This document shows, one piece after another, positions 29,978 to 30,256 of a DNA stretch of 30,256 bases. Source of the DNA: a virus. The DNA lies in the IMG/VR virus record IMGVR_UViG_3300044786_000093; one strand, written 5' to 3'. The number at the start of each line of letters is the position of its first letter. The first letter of the stretch is position 1. Made by a program: the position numbers and the translations under genes. The notes under the pieces were generated by a model. That model saw only the letters and a list, made by a program, of their open reading frames with translations. It searched no databases and was not told the origin of the DNA.

Positions 29978-30068
29978 CAGGCGACGGGGGTAAGCTGGCG
30001 CGGAAAGAGCAAGAGCCCGCGCCGAACCCCCGTCGCCTTCGCACGGAAAAGGCTGAGGAGACAAAAGC
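29978..30068. repeat. Structured ~90-nt module, copy 2.
   Basis: ggcgacggggg-taagct-[ggcgcgg-aaagagcaagagc-ccgcgcc]-gaa-cccccgtcgcc ... aaaaggctgaggagacaaaagc. About 80% identical to copy 1 by eye. Confidence 0.6.
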
Positions 30069-30093
30069 AAAAGCCCCCACTCATCGCAGGGGC
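30057..30093 (-). terminator. Intrinsic terminator for the leftward operon.
   Basis: The minus strand reads gcccc-tgcgatgagtg-ggggc followed by ttttgcttttgtctcc. It lies about 35 nt downstream of the TAG at the junction. Confidence 0.5.
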
Positions 30094-30127
30094 ATTCGTT
30101 CCTCGGAAAAACTGCCGGGCCGAGCGC

Positions 30128-30256
30128 CTACCCCCGACTGCCCCCGACCTGATCGGGGGGGGGGCCAGCGCCTACCGCCCCCACGCGCACCCGCGCCAGC
30201 TTGTGCCCTTCAACGATCACGCTTCCCAGCGTGCCCATGTCGGGCTGCTCATGCAG
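30128..30256 (-). CDS. 3' portion of the same zinc-ribbon gene annotated at 1-274, seen again because of the end overlap. It includes the complete TAG stop (30130-30128).
   Basis: 30130-30256 duplicates 1-127. Reading the minus strand across 30130/30129/30128 gives TAG. Confidence 0.6.
   Translation of the reverse strand: MHEQPDMGTLGSVIVEGHKLARVRVGAVGAGPPPDQVGGSRG
30130..30256. repeat. Terminal direct repeat, the partner of 1-127.
   Basis: Exact identity, read base by base. Confidence 0.95.

Larger units (their letters stand above)
29371..30070. other. Hairpin-dense, T-poor (on +) non-coding block between the late operon and the end of the leftward operon.
   Basis: Long perfect stems are present, for example ggcgacgcttcgc-ctgtaagaact-gcgaagcgtcgcc (29909-29945) and ccggcggcg-N28-cgccgccgg (29759-29804). 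AAGTGC occurs 6 times in 29386-29697, and AAGAGCC and CAAAA linkers recur. All ORFs here are Arg/Pro-rich without an RBS. Confidence 0.6.

Overview
This window looks like a complete, circularly closed genome of about 30,129 bp from a GC-rich temperate tailed phage or prophage. Bases 1-127 are identical to 30130-30256. No homology search was possible, so every functional call rests on motifs read by eye, gene order, RBS or overlap context and codon-position composition. Layout: (i) A leftward early operon of five translationally coupled small genes (1-1413, minus strand; an HTH protein and zinc-ribbon proteins) is driven by a near-consensus promoter at 1431-1458. (ii) A rightward early, replication and lysogeny region spans 3020-13770. 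It holds many small ORFs with a conserved GGAGGAcaYcATG RBS, a SWIM zinc-finger protein, an excisionase-like HTH gene, a tyrosine integrase next to a tRNA 3'-end-like attP candidate, a winged-helix replication-initiator-like gene with an embedded ori-like repeat/AT-rich cassette, and a small C5 cytosine methyltransferase. (iii) A late operon spans 13959-29370: TerS-like protein, TerL, portal, scaffold/protease-capsid fusion, holin-like protein, connector-like protein, a BNR/Asp-box tail protein, a repeat-containing tail fibre and a lectin-like receptor-binding protein. I recognised no tape-measure protein, tail tube or endolysin. The most unusual signals lie outside ordinary gene calls. First, an ~850-nt tract (2141-2989) is almost free of adenine on the + strand, including 406 nt with no A. 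It shows period-3 structure, and its few A's fall at SD and stop positions, which suggests two adenine-free ORFs. Second, a 20-nt palindromic hairpin (ATCCCCGCGMAGGCGGGGAC) is iterated at least 7 times, plus a compensatory variant family. Copies sit in intergenic and in-frame coding positions, and the stem matches type I-E CRISPR repeat hairpins. Third, three hairpin-dense, T-poor non-coding blocks total about 2 kb and are rich in GCGAAGC mini-hairpins and purine-rich loops. Fourth, heptad-phased GACTGA repeats at gene junctions place TGA in all three frames.
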